Assembly: GCA_025463335.1 (NCBI GenBank)
Contig: JAOBWJ010000110.1
Location: 1-59,753 of the forward strand
DNA from: Acidimicrobiales bacterium
GTDB lineage: Bacteria; Actinomycetota; Acidimicrobiia; Acidimicrobiales; CADCSY01
Length of the DNA: 59,753 bases
Direction of reading: 5' to 3'
Made by a program: the position numbers and the translations under genes. Shown here one piece after another: positions 1-7,981 of the stretch; positions within the stretch are counted from its first letter, which is position 1; each line of letters opens with the position of its first letter. The notes below the pieces were generated by a model that did no database searches, was not told the DNA's origin, and was given only the letters and a program-made list of their open reading frames with translations.

Positions 1-893
1 CGCAGCACCTCGGCGTTGGTGGGCCGAAACAAGCTGATGGGCTGCCAGGCGTGCTCCCACACGTAGTGCTGGAAGTCCTCGATGTCCGGGAACGTCCGTC
101 CGAACCGCTCGGCCCACATCGGGTTGATGACGAGGACGAGCTGGCCGCTCTCGCCGGTTAGCTCGAGGTACCAGTTGTTGAGGGGGAAGGCGATGGTCTT
201 GGCGATGGTGTAGGCGAGGTCGGCGGGGTCGTCGTTGTTGACGTCGGCCATTGGGAACGTGCCCTTGCCGCCGTGCACCGACACGACCTCGTCCGCGGCG
301 GCGAAGCCCCGGCGCTCGGCGAGCGACGGCCACGGCGACCGCTCCGCCCATTCCCCGAAGCACAGCCCGAAGCGGGCCGGCTGGCCGAACACCGTGCGAG
401 ACGTCTCCCCCGCCCGTTGGCCACCGACGTTGCGCAGGCACAGCGACACGGCCCGCCCGATGGTCATCGAGCCCCGACCGGCGGCACCGCCCAGGCATCC
501 GGCCTTGTAGTCGATGCCGAGCTGGTCGCGGCTGGGACCGTTGACGATGAGCATGGGATGCACGCTGGAGGTGGTGGTGGTCAGCCCGTAGGCGTTCCAT
601 TCGGGGGCGAGCACGCCTTCGAGCGCGGCGATCACCAGCGGGAAGGCCTCGGGGGCGACACCGGCCATGGTGGCGTTGATGGCGGCCAGCTCGACGGTGA
701 GCGTGCCGTACACCGGCGGCAGCTCGCCGAGGACCCGATCGGGCGCATAGGGCGTGGCCGCCAGGCGGGCCTCGACCCGCTCGTCGGTGGGCGGGACGAG
801 CGGGGCACCGTCGCCCCACCGCTGCTCGAGCGACAGGGCGTAGAACGCCTCGACGTCGTCCTCGATCTCGATGGTCGGCGACTGCAGGGTCAT
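1..893 (-). CDS. Conserved hypothetical protein, 3' end runs off the window; translationally coupled to the UGSC-family gene upstream of it
   Basis: Absent from the ORF track because its stop lies beyond position 1. Hand translation of the minus strand from ATG (893..891) gives MTLQSPTIEIEDDVE... and further in ...VAPEAFPLVIAALEGVLAPE..., open to the window edge with G/C-rich third positions. Its ATG overlaps the TGA of the 890..1429 gene (ATGA). Confidence 0.6.
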   Translation of the reverse strand, partial: MTLQSPTIEIEDDVEAFYALSLEQRWGDGAPLVPPTDERVEARLAATPYAPDRVLGELPPVYGTLTVELAAINATMAGVAPEAFPLVIAALEGVLAPEWNAYGLTTTTSSVHPMLIVNGPSRDQLGIDYKAGCLGGAAGRGSMTIGRAVSLCLRNVGGQRAGETSRTVFGQPARFGLCFGEWAERSPWPSLAERRGFAAADEVVSVHGGKGTFPMADVNNDDPADLAYTIAKTIAFPLNNWYLELTGESGQLVLVINPMWAERFGRTFPDIEDFQHYVWEHAWQPISLFRPTNAEVL

Positions 894-1429
894 GCCGGCA
901 CCCCGAGGACCTCGAGGAAGCGGGGGTAGTACTCGTGGGCGATCTCGCGGATCTCCTTCTCGGGCCGGCCCTCGAGTGGGTAGGGCAGCACGAGGTGCTT
1001 GAGGTCGGCGTGACCAAGAGAGTTGGCCATGTTGCGACCGTGGACCTCGAACTCCTCGCACACCGCGACCACGGCCGGCTTGTGGGCCCGCTCGAGGGTG
1101 ACGGCGTCGTGGACGCTGTTGGACGTGCACGACCCGCACGTGCCGAGGCCGGAGACACCGCAGTCGATGGCGTCGACCCACGCGGCCACGTCGGCCCGGG
1201 TCTGCACACCCTCGTCGCCCACCCGGCCGCCGGCCTCCAACACCACCGGCTCGGCCCCGTCGGCGCGGAGCAGCCCCTCCCACTCGTCGACGATCCACAT
1301 CCACGAGCGCCAGGAGCCCTCGTGGCGGAGGCCGACCTTGAGCCCGGACAACGGGCGGTCGACCGAGTAGGTCGGGGCCACCTCAGCCGCTCGACGCGGT
1401 GCGGTGGGGATCCGGATGGTGATCGTCAT
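890..1429 (-). CDS. UGSC family (seleno)protein, Cys-containing form
   Basis: 179-aa ORF with ATG at 1429. The central motif GLGTCGSCTS is the Cys version of the U/C-G-S-C motif that names the family, and the length fits. Family recalled from memory, not searched. Confidence 0.65.
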   Translation of the reverse strand: MTITIRIPTAPRRAAEVAPTYSVDRPLSGLKVGLRHEGSWRSWMWIVDEWEGLLRADGAEPVVLEAGGRVGDEGVQTRADVAAWVDAIDCGVSGLGTCGSCTSNSVHDAVTLERAHKPAVVAVCEEFEVHGRNMANSLGHADLKHLVLPYPLEGRPEKEIREIAHEYYPRFLEVLGVPA

Positions 1430-1449
1430 CGACCCGACGGTAGATCGAG

Positions 1450-1917
1450 ATGTGTGAACCGTGCAACCATCTTGAGGTGCTGCCCGAGCTGAGCCAACTG
1501 CTCACGTCGATCGCTCGTCAGACCCACTCGCCCCGCCTCTACGGCGAGATGGGGGCGCGGGCCGGCCTCGACGTGCGCCCTCACCTGTTCGGCACGCTGG
1601 CCCGCATCCGCGACCTGCAGCCCGTCCGCATCACCGACGTGGCCGAGGTGATGGACAGCGAGCGGTCGACGATCAGCCGCCAGATCACCGAGCTGACGTC
1701 GCTCGGCCTGGTCGGCCGGGCGGCGGATCCGAGCGACGGGCGGGCCGTCGTCGTGTCGCTCACGCCCGAGGGCGAGTCGGTGATCGGGCGGGTGTACGAC
1801 GCGTGGCACGAGGCCCTGGGCGAGATGCTGGCCAACTGGCCCGAACGCGACCGCGACCGACTGGTCGCGCTGCTCCGCCGCCTCGACGGAGCCCTGGGCG
1901 ACCACTTCAGCGGTTAG
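1450..1917 (+). CDS. MarR family transcriptional regulator
   Basis: 155-aa ORF with a winged-helix region RITDVAEVMDSERSTISRQITELTSLGLVGR...DGRAVVVSLTPEG. Only 20 nt separate its start from the divergent 890..1429 gene. Confidence 0.85.
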   Translation: MCEPCNHLEVLPELSQLLTSIARQTHSPRLYGEMGARAGLDVRPHLFGTLARIRDLQPVRITDVAEVMDSERSTISRQITELTSLGLVGRAADPSDGRAVVVSLTPEGESVIGRVYDAWHEALGEMLANWPERDRDRLVALLRRLDGALGDHFSG

Positions 1918-3007
1918 CCCACTCCCCCACGACGTCGTCGAGGGCGACCGGCGCGGTGGGGGCGGGACGGAGCGTGGCCGGCGTGCCCCGGAGGCCGGCC
2001 ACCGGGTTCGGGAGCAGGACGCCGTCGACCTCCACCAGCGAGCGGCGGGCCACGACCTGGGGGTGGGCGGCGATCTCGGCCAGGTCCTGCACGGCCACCA
2101 CTGGGAGGCGGGCGCCGTCGAGGGCGGCGACGGCCTCGTCCCGCGGCCGGGCGGCGATCCAGTCGGCCACGATGCCGTCGAGCTCGTCGGCCCGGGCCAG
2201 GCGATCCTCGGAGCGACCGAAGTCGGCGAGCCGATCGGTCAGGCCCAGGAGCTCGAGCAGCCGGGCCACCTGGGCGTCGGTGGTGGCCGACAGCACGAGG
2301 AACCGACCATCGACGCCGGCGTAGACGTTGCGGGGCACGCCGCCCGGCACCCGGCTGCCCGTCCGAGCGGGCGGGCCGGTGGTGGGATCCCAGGCGGCGA
2401 CGGCCGGACCGAGCAGGGCGAGGATGGGCTCGAACTGGGTGACGTCGACGTGCTGCCCCACCCCCGACCAGCAGGCGGCGAGGGCCGCCAGGGCCCCGGC
2501 CATGCCGACCAGCGAATCACCGAGGGCGACCGAGGGCAGCAGCGGTGGGCCGTCGGCCTCGCCGGTGAGGTGGGTGAGACCGGCGAAGGCTTCGGCGAGC
2601 GAGCCGTTGCCGACCTTGTCGCCCCACGGCCCGTCGGTGCCGTAGCAGGTGACGGTCACGATGACGGCCTTCGGGTTGCGGGCCAGCACGGCGTCCGGAT
2701 CGGCCCCCCATCGGCGCAGGACCGACAGCGGCTGGTTGGCCACGATCACGTCGGCGGCGTCGAGCAGGCGGTGGAGCTCGGCCGGCTGCGACTCGGGGTC
2801 GAGGCGGACGAGCCGCTTCCCCCGGTTGGCCAGCAGGTAGGGCGCCGTGCTGGCACCCCGGCGCACGCCGAGCTTGGCGAGCGGGTCGCCCGAGGGCGGC
2901 TCGACCTTGACGACGTCGGCCCCGAGGTCGGCGAGGATGGCCGAGACCTGCGGCGCCGCCAACAGGTTGGACAGGTCGACCACGCGGAGCCCTGCGAGCG
3001 CGGTCAT
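1907..3007 (-). CDS. CaiB/BaiF family III CoA-transferase
   Basis: ORF 1907..3301 trimmed to the internal ATG at 3007 (MTALAGLRVVDLSNLLAAPQVSAILADLGADVVKVEPP...), a typical family III CoA-transferase N-terminus. The 98 upstream codons are Arg/Ser/Pro-rich and overlap the divergent gene. Confidence 0.9.
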   Translation of the reverse strand: MTALAGLRVVDLSNLLAAPQVSAILADLGADVVKVEPPSGDPLAKLGVRRGASTAPYLLANRGKRLVRLDPESQPAELHRLLDAADVIVANQPLSVLRRWGADPDAVLARNPKAVIVTVTCYGTDGPWGDKVGNGSLAEAFAGLTHLTGEADGPPLLPSVALGDSLVGMAGALAALAACWSGVGQHVDVTQFEPILALLGPAVAAWDPTTGPPARTGSRVPGGVPRNVYAGVDGRFLVLSATTDAQVARLLELLGLTDRLADFGRSEDRLARADELDGIVADWIAARPRDEAVAALDGARLPVVAVQDLAEIAAHPQVVARRSLVEVDGVLLPNPVAGLRGTPATLRPAPTAPVALDDVVGEWANR

Positions 3008-3041
3008 GCCGTGGGTTGTAGCACCCCGATACGTTCCGACG

Positions 3042-4487
3042 GTGCTCTTGGGAACCGAGTCGGTGTGGGACCTCATCAAGCAACGGGCGGACGCCACGCC
3101 CGACCAGGTGATGTTCCTCGGCGCCGAGACGATCACGTTCGGCGGCTTCCGCGACCGGGCCGAGCGGGTGGCCGCCGGCCTGGCCGAGCACGGGATCGGT
3201 GCCGGCACGCGGGTGGCGTGGCAGCTGCCGACGACGGTCGACACGGTGGTCACGTGGGCGGCCCTGAGCCGGCTGGGTGCCCACCAGGTCCCGCTCATCA
3301 CCCACTACCGGGAGAAGGAGATCGGCTACGTCCTGCGGGAGACGGGCGCCCCGTTCGTGCTCGCCGCCGACCCCGAGCTGATCAGGCGCACCGGCGTGGA
3401 CGTGACGATCGTCGAGGCCTCGGAGGGCGACCCCTCGTCGCTGCCGCCCGAGCCGATCATCGCACCCGACGAGGAGCGCTTCCTCTACTACACGTCGGGC
3501 ACGACGGCCGACCCCAAGGGCGTGCGCCACACCGACGGCACGCTCATCGCCGGCGGCGAGGCCATGGCCGACGCCCTGGCCATGGCGCCCGACGACATCG
3601 GCTCCATCGCCTTCCCGTTCGCCCACATCGCCGGACCCGACTACGTGTTGGCCATGCTGGTGGTCGGCTTCCCGGCGGTGCTGCTCGACCGGTTCGACCC
3701 GAAGGTGGCGGTGGCCACCTACCGGCAGCACGCCGTGACCATGGCCGGCGGCAGCACCGCGTTCTACCAGGCGCTCCTCGCCGTGCAGCGCGAGCAACCG
3801 GGCGAGCCGATCCTCCCCACGCTGCGGTGCCTGTCGGGCGGCGGGGCGGCCATGCCCCCGGCCGTCTTCCACGCCGTGCGGGCCGAGCTGGGCGTCCCCA
3901 CCCTCCACGGCTACGCCATGACCGAGGTGCCGATGTGCATGATGGGCCGCTGGGGCGACGCCGACGAGCAGCTGGCCACGACGGCCGGCCCGCCCGTGCG
4001 GGGCCTCTCGATCCGGATTGCCGAGGACGGCGAGATCCAGGTGCGGGGCAAGGTCGTCAGCCCCGGCTACACCAACCCGGCGCTCGACGCCGCCGCCTTC
4101 ACCGACGACGGATGGTTCCGCACCGGCGACCTGGGCGAGCTGGTCGACGGCCGGCTGGTGGTGACCGGCCGCATCAAGGACATCATCATCCGCAAGGGCG
4201 AGAACATCTCGGCCGTCGAGCTCGAGCATCTGGCCGCCACCCATCCGGCCGTCAAGGACGTGGCCGTGATCGGGCTGCCCGACGAGGAGCGGGGCGAGCT
4301 GGTGTGCGCCGTGGTCGAGCCCGAGCCGGGCCAGACGCTCGACCTGCCCGCGCTGGTCGAGCACCTCAGCGCGGCGGGGATCATGAAGCAGAAGCTGCCC
4401 GAGCGGTTGGAGCTGGTCGACGCCATGCCGCGCGGCGTCACCCTCGGCAAGATCCTCAAGGCCGAGCTGCGCAAGCAGTTCTCCTGA
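3042..4487 (+). CDS. AMP-dependent synthetase/ligase (acyl-CoA synthetase, ANL superfamily)
   Basis: ORF 2847..4487 trimmed to GTG 3042 (start uncertain). Motifs YYTSGTTADPKGV, GWFRTGDLG and IIRKGENIS. Confidence 0.9.
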   Translation: MLLGTESVWDLIKQRADATPDQVMFLGAETITFGGFRDRAERVAAGLAEHGIGAGTRVAWQLPTTVDTVVTWAALSRLGAHQVPLITHYREKEIGYVLRETGAPFVLAADPELIRRTGVDVTIVEASEGDPSSLPPEPIIAPDEERFLYYTSGTTADPKGVRHTDGTLIAGGEAMADALAMAPDDIGSIAFPFAHIAGPDYVLAMLVVGFPAVLLDRFDPKVAVATYRQHAVTMAGGSTAFYQALLAVQREQPGEPILPTLRCLSGGGAAMPPAVFHAVRAELGVPTLHGYAMTEVPMCMMGRWGDADEQLATTAGPPVRGLSIRIAEDGEIQVRGKVVSPGYTNPALDAAAFTDDGWFRTGDLGELVDGRLVVTGRIKDIIIRKGENISAVELEHLAATHPAVKDVAVIGLPDEERGELVCAVVEPEPGQTLDLPALVEHLSAAGIMKQKLPERLELVDAMPRGVTLGKILKAELRKQFS

Positions 4488-4550
4488 GGCGCAGAGCACG
4501 CGCAACTTGGCGCCGCGACCCCGTGATATCGCCCCGTCTTGTGGGTGGTG

Positions 4551-4753
4551 AAAGACAAAGGACGCAACCAGGGGCGAGCCCTGCGCGTCGGAGTCGGTGC
4601 CGCCCACCAGCGGGTTCCCCCGTTCTGGTCACGCTCAGCCCGTCAGAGCCGGGCTCAGCGTGACAAGAAGCAGGAAGGCTTCAGCGAGTCGGCGTGCGGG
4701 GCAGCACCACGTGAGGCACCCCGGGCTGTCCCCCGGGCGCGTCTTTCGTCTTT
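4551..4753. ncRNA. Candidate structured RNA (or MITE-like inverted-repeat element), identity unknown
   Basis: Lies in a 324-nt convergent intergenic gap. A 15-position closing helix pairs 4551-4565 with 4739-4753 (13 WC, 1 GU, 1 mismatch). An inner helix pairs 4596-4605 with 4699-4708 (9/10). There are three hairpins: 4569-4583, 4628-4664 (14/15 bp) and 4720-4737. No coding-like ORF. Strand unresolved. Confidence 0.35.
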
Positions 4754-4811
4754 GAACCCCCGCAGTACGCCCGAACTCCTTGGCATGACGAGACCGATCT
4801 GCGCCCGCGGC

Positions 4812-5186
4812 TCAGTCCTCGCCGGAGAACCGCTCCCACGCCGACTGGCGGGTCATGCCGAGGGCGGCGCCGATGCGGGCCCAGGACACGTTGCGGGACC
4901 GGAGCTGGCGTACCCATTCAGTGAGGTGGTCGTCGACGCGTGCCGCCGAGGCGGCCACGCCGGGCAGAGCGCCGAGGATCTCATCGTCGGACATGGCATC
5001 CCAGGGCGGCTTCCACTCGGCCAGCTCGGGGCCGCGGTCGCGCAGGATGTTGTGGCACAGCTCAACGCACGGGGCACAGATGTAGACGCCGGGGCCGGCG
5101 ATGAGTCGGTCCAAGCCGAGCTCCGACGTGCAGAACGAACACCGGAAGGTGCGGTCACGGTCAAGGGTCTTCATGTCGGGGAGCAC
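4812..5186 (-). CDS. ClpX-type C4 zinc-finger domain protein with C-terminal HTH-like segment
   Basis: 124-aa ORF with a four-Cys zinc ribbon CSFC...CAPC at the N-terminus. C-terminal segment [24 protein letters not shown] at 5186 or ATG at 5174. Confidence 0.75.
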   Translation of the reverse strand: MLPDMKTLDRDRTFRCSFCTSELGLDRLIAGPGVYICAPCVELCHNILRDRGPELAEWKPPWDAMSDDEILGALPGVAASAARVDDHLTEWVRQLRSRNVSWARIGAALGMTRQSAWERFSGED

Positions 5187-5235
5187 GGTACGACGTCAGG
5201 TGAATCCTGACAAGGGTCGCTCGTAGGGTCTGCCC

Positions 5236-5493
5236 ATGGCCACCGCCGTTCCCTCCCCCACGCCCAACCCCGACGCCCTGAAGTTCACGGTCGACGTGTC
5301 GTTCCCGGACATGGTGAACGTGGCGGCCGCCAACGCGGCCGATGGGGACGCGTTCGTGCAGGCCGTGTTCGCCGCCGGCGGGGTGGCGTCGGTGTTCGCC
5401 ATGAACGACTTCGTCACGGTCACCCGCGAGCCGGGCGCCGACTGGGACGCCATCACCGCCGCCGTGCAGGCGGCGGCCGCCGAGCACCTCTAG
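5236..5493 (+). CDS. Nfu/NifU N-terminal-domain-like small protein
   Basis: 85-aa ORF. PNPDALKFTVD and VASVFAMNDFVTVT resemble the Nfu_N scaffold domain. Confidence 0.65.
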   Translation: MATAVPSPTPNPDALKFTVDVSFPDMVNVAAANAADGDAFVQAVFAAGGVASVFAMNDFVTVTREPGADWDAITAAVQAAAAEHL

Positions 5494-5939
5494 GTCGAGA
5501 ACACCAGCTCGACGACACCGTCGCGCTCCCGTACCGACGTCTCGCCAGTGGGCCGGAAGCCGTTGCGCTCGTAGAGCCGACGGGCCCGCTCGTTGCCCTC
5601 GACGACATAGAGCCGGACCGGCGCGTCGCCCGCCCAGGCCAGCACGGCCTGCACGAGCGCGTCGCCGCCCCCGAGGCCCCGCGCGTCGGGGGCGACCCAC
5701 ATCGACACCAGCTCGATGTCGTCGTCGCTCGGGTGCCCGCCGGCCAGCCCGACAGGTGTCCCGTCGCGCTCGACGAAGAACATGGCGCTGGTGGTCAGGA
5801 ACCGCGACCAGTCCTCGAGCGGGCGAGCAAGCTCCCGCTCGAGCGTGGACCCGAACTCCCCGGGCGCATCCGTCATGGCCGCCACCCGCAGCGAGCGCAG
5901 GGCCTCCTCGTCTCCGAGGACCGCCCGCCGGACCTCCAC
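5490..5939 (-). CDS. GNAT family N-acetyltransferase
   Basis: 149 aa. VAPDARGLGGGDALVQAVL and NERARRLYERNGF are GNAT acetyl-CoA-binding-type segments. The GTG start abuts the stop of the upstream SDR. Confidence 0.85.
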   Translation of the reverse strand: MEVRRAVLGDEEALRSLRVAAMTDAPGEFGSTLERELARPLEDWSRFLTTSAMFFVERDGTPVGLAGGHPSDDDIELVSMWVAPDARGLGGGDALVQAVLAWAGDAPVRLYVVEGNERARRLYERNGFRPTGETSVRERDGVVELVFST

Positions 5940-6704
5940 CTACGGGTGCTGGCTCGAGACCGAGAGCACCTCGCCGGTCATGTAGCTGGCGAGGTCGCTG
6001 GCCAGGAACACGATCACGTTGGCGATCTCCCACGGCTCGGCGGCCCGGCCGAACGCCTCACGGGTGGTGAGCTCCTCGAGCAACTCGTCGGTGGTGACCT
6101 TGGCGAGGAACGGGTGCATGGCCAGGCTGGGCGACACGGCGTTGACCCGCACGTTGTGCTTGGCCGCCTCGAGCGCCGAGCACCGGGTGAGGGCCATGAC
6201 GCCGGCTTTCGCCGCGGCGTAGTGGGCCTGGCCCTCCTGGGCCCGCCAGCCCACGACCGAGGCGTTGTTGACGATGGCACCCGAGCCCTGCGGATACATG
6301 TGCTTGAACGCCGCCCGGGTGGCCCGGAACGTGCCTGTGAGGGTGACGTCGAGCACCGACGACCACTGCTCGTCAGTCATCTCGGCCACCTCGGCGGTCC
6401 CGCCCAGGCCGGCGTTGTTGACGAGCACGTCCAGCCGGCCGTGCTTCGCAACGGTGGCCGCGAACAGGGCCTGGACCTGGCCCTCATCGGTGACGTCGCA
6501 CGGCACCGAGAACACCCCGCCCAGCTCCTCGGCCGACTCGGCCAACCGGCGCTCGTGGCGGTCGGAGAGCACCACGGTGGCACCCTCCTCCTGGCACCGC
6601 TTGGCGGTGGCGAAGCCGATGCCGGTGCCGGCCGACGCCGTGATCAGCACGACCTTGCCGTCGAGCAGGTTGCGTCCCTGCGGGTAGGCGGGCACCTCGG
6701 GCAT
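5940..6704 (-). CDS. SDR family oxidoreductase
   Basis: 254 aa. GKVVLITASAGTGIG dinucleotide motif, NNAG, catalytic HYAAAKAG. Confidence 0.9.
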   Translation of the reverse strand: MPEVPAYPQGRNLLDGKVVLITASAGTGIGFATAKRCQEEGATVVLSDRHERRLAESAEELGGVFSVPCDVTDEGQVQALFAATVAKHGRLDVLVNNAGLGGTAEVAEMTDEQWSSVLDVTLTGTFRATRAAFKHMYPQGSGAIVNNASVVGWRAQEGQAHYAAAKAGVMALTRCSALEAAKHNVRVNAVSPSLAMHPFLAKVTTDELLEELTTREAFGRAAEPWEIANVIVFLASDLASYMTGEVLSVSSQHP

Positions 6705-6725
6705 GCGTGTCTCCTGGTCGTGAAG

Positions 6726-6777
6726 CGTTCTGGGGCCCCAGACCGACCGGAACCGGTCGGTTCCGGGCCCCAGAACG
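6726..6777. repeat. Palindromic hairpin element, copy 1 (REP-like or terminator-like)
   Basis: CGTTCTGGGGCCC..ACCGACCGG AA CCGGTCGGT..GGGCCCCAGAACG. Outer 13-bp arms plus an inner 9-bp WC helix (6742-6750 with 6753-6761, and a flanking G-T). It lies between two same-strand genes. A related copy is at 20652..20702. Confidence 0.8.
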
Positions 6778-6779
6778 AG

Positions 6780-7970
6780 CTAGCGGGCGGGTGACTTGGG
6801 CTCTCGGGGCAGGCCGAGGGCCCGCTCGCCGATGATGTTGCGCTGGATCTGGTTGGACCCGCCGTAGATCGTGTCCGAGCGGGTGAAGAGGAACAGCGCC
6901 TGCTCGCCGGTGAGCTCGTACGGGGCGCCTTCGGCGACGAGGCCGGCAACGCCTTGGACGTCGATGGCCAACTCACCCAGGCTGCGGTGCCAGTTGGCCC
7001 AGGCCAGCTTGGAGATCGATGCCTCGGGGCCGGGGGCGCCATCGCCCATGTTGGTGAGCATCCGCAGCGCCGTGTAGCGCAGCAGCTTCAGCCCGATCCA
7101 CGACTGGGCCAGGCGTTGGCGCATGACCGGGTCGTGCGACCGACCGTTGGCCTGGGCCGTGCGCAGCACGTTGCCGTACTCCCGCTCGAACTGGATCTGC
7201 TGGGCCAGCGTGGCCACCCCGCGCTCGAAGCCGAGCAGGGCGTTGGCCACCTCCCAGCCCTGGCCGGGCGAGCCCACGATGTTCGAGGCGTCGGTCTCGG
7301 CGTCGGAGAAGAACACCTCGTTGAACTCGGAGGTGCCGGTGGCCTGGATGATCGGGCGGATCTCGACGCCCGGCTGGTCCATGGGCACGAGCACGAAGGA
7401 CAGGCCGGCGTGCTTCGACGCCGACGGGTCGGTGCGCACCACGACGAAGCACCAGTCGGACTGGACGGCCAACGACGTCCAGACCTTCTGGCCGTTGATG
7501 ACCCACTTGTCGCCGTCGAGCACGGCCTTGGTCTGCACGTTGGCCAGGTCGGAGCCGGCGTTGGGCTCCGAGTACCCCTGGCACCACAGCTCCTCGCCGC
7601 TCACGATCTTCGGGAGGAATCGCTCCTGCTGCTCGGGGGTGCCGTAGGCGATGAGCGTGGGGCCGATGAGCCCCTCGCCGATGTGGCCCACCCGCGCCGG
7701 CGCGTTGACCTTGACGTACTCCTCGTTGAAGATCACCTGCTGGTTCAGCGTGGCGCCGCGGCCGCCGAACTGCTTGGGCCACCCGAGGCACGTCCACCCG
7801 GCGGCGCCGAGGACCTTCTCCCACTCGTGGCGGATCTCGTGGCCCTCGTGCTCGCGGCCCGAGCCGCCGATGTGGCCGGCGTCCTTGAACGCCCCGGTGA
7901 GGTTGGCCGCGAGCCATTCCCGGACCTCGGTCCGGAAGGCCTCGTCCTCGGCGCTGAAGGCGAGCTCCAT
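6780..7970 (-). CDS. Acyl-CoA dehydrogenase
   Basis: ORF 6780..8618 trimmed to ATG 7970 (MELAFSAEDEAFRTEVREWL...). WCQGYSEPNAGSDLA and IYGGSNQIQRNIIGER are ACAD signatures. Confidence 0.9.
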   Translation of the reverse strand: MELAFSAEDEAFRTEVREWLAANLTGAFKDAGHIGGSGREHEGHEIRHEWEKVLGAAGWTCLGWPKQFGGRGATLNQQVIFNEEYVKVNAPARVGHIGEGLIGPTLIAYGTPEQQERFLPKIVSGEELWCQGYSEPNAGSDLANVQTKAVLDGDKWVINGQKVWTSLAVQSDWCFVVVRTDPSASKHAGLSFVLVPMDQPGVEIRPIIQATGTSEFNEVFFSDAETDASNIVGSPGQGWEVANALLGFERGVATLAQQIQFEREYGNVLRTAQANGRSHDPVMRQRLAQSWIGLKLLRYTALRMLTNMGDGAPGPEASISKLAWANWHRSLGELAIDVQGVAGLVAEGAPYELTGEQALFLFTRSDTIYGGSNQIQRNIIGERALGLPREPKSPAR

Positions 7971-7981
7971 GGCCGCGAGCC

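Noticed and set aside
1907-3301. N-terminal extensions suggested by the ORF track for many genes, for example 1907..3301, 6780..8618, 20714..23065, 34809..36989, 41504..43051, 43888..45690, 50549..52450, 57105..58526
   Set aside because: The extensions are low-complexity and overlap the upstream gene. They precede an internal start that gives the canonical family N-terminus, often with an SD or a start/stop overlap. The genes were trimmed accordingly.
2063-4663. Very long alternative-frame and antisense ORFs, for example 2063..4663 (+), 2517..4607 (-), 10032..11864 (-), 13333..15462 (-), 20556..21983 (-), 34290..36113 (+), 48035..50536 (-), 48922..50718 (+)
   Set aside because: Their translations are Arg/Pro/Gly/Ala-rich low-complexity strings without motifs. 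They overlap ORFs with clear family signatures. Such open frames are the expected by-product of high GC content.
4488-4811. Assigning the structured intergenic element to a known RNA (SRP/4.5S, tmRNA, RNase P, 6S)
   Set aside because: I could not find the diagnostic motifs: SRP GGAAGCAGCC-type domain IV, tmRNA 5' GGGGCUGA and 3' T-arm/CCA, or RNase P GAGGAAAGUCC. It is kept only as an unnamed candidate.
5490-5493. Two convergent gene pairs share a CTAG stop-stop overlap (5490..5493 and 16026..16029)
   Set aside because: The overlap is real in the sequence. However, two instances of a 4-nt palindrome formed by two TAG stops are most simply coincidence. I can attach no functional inference.
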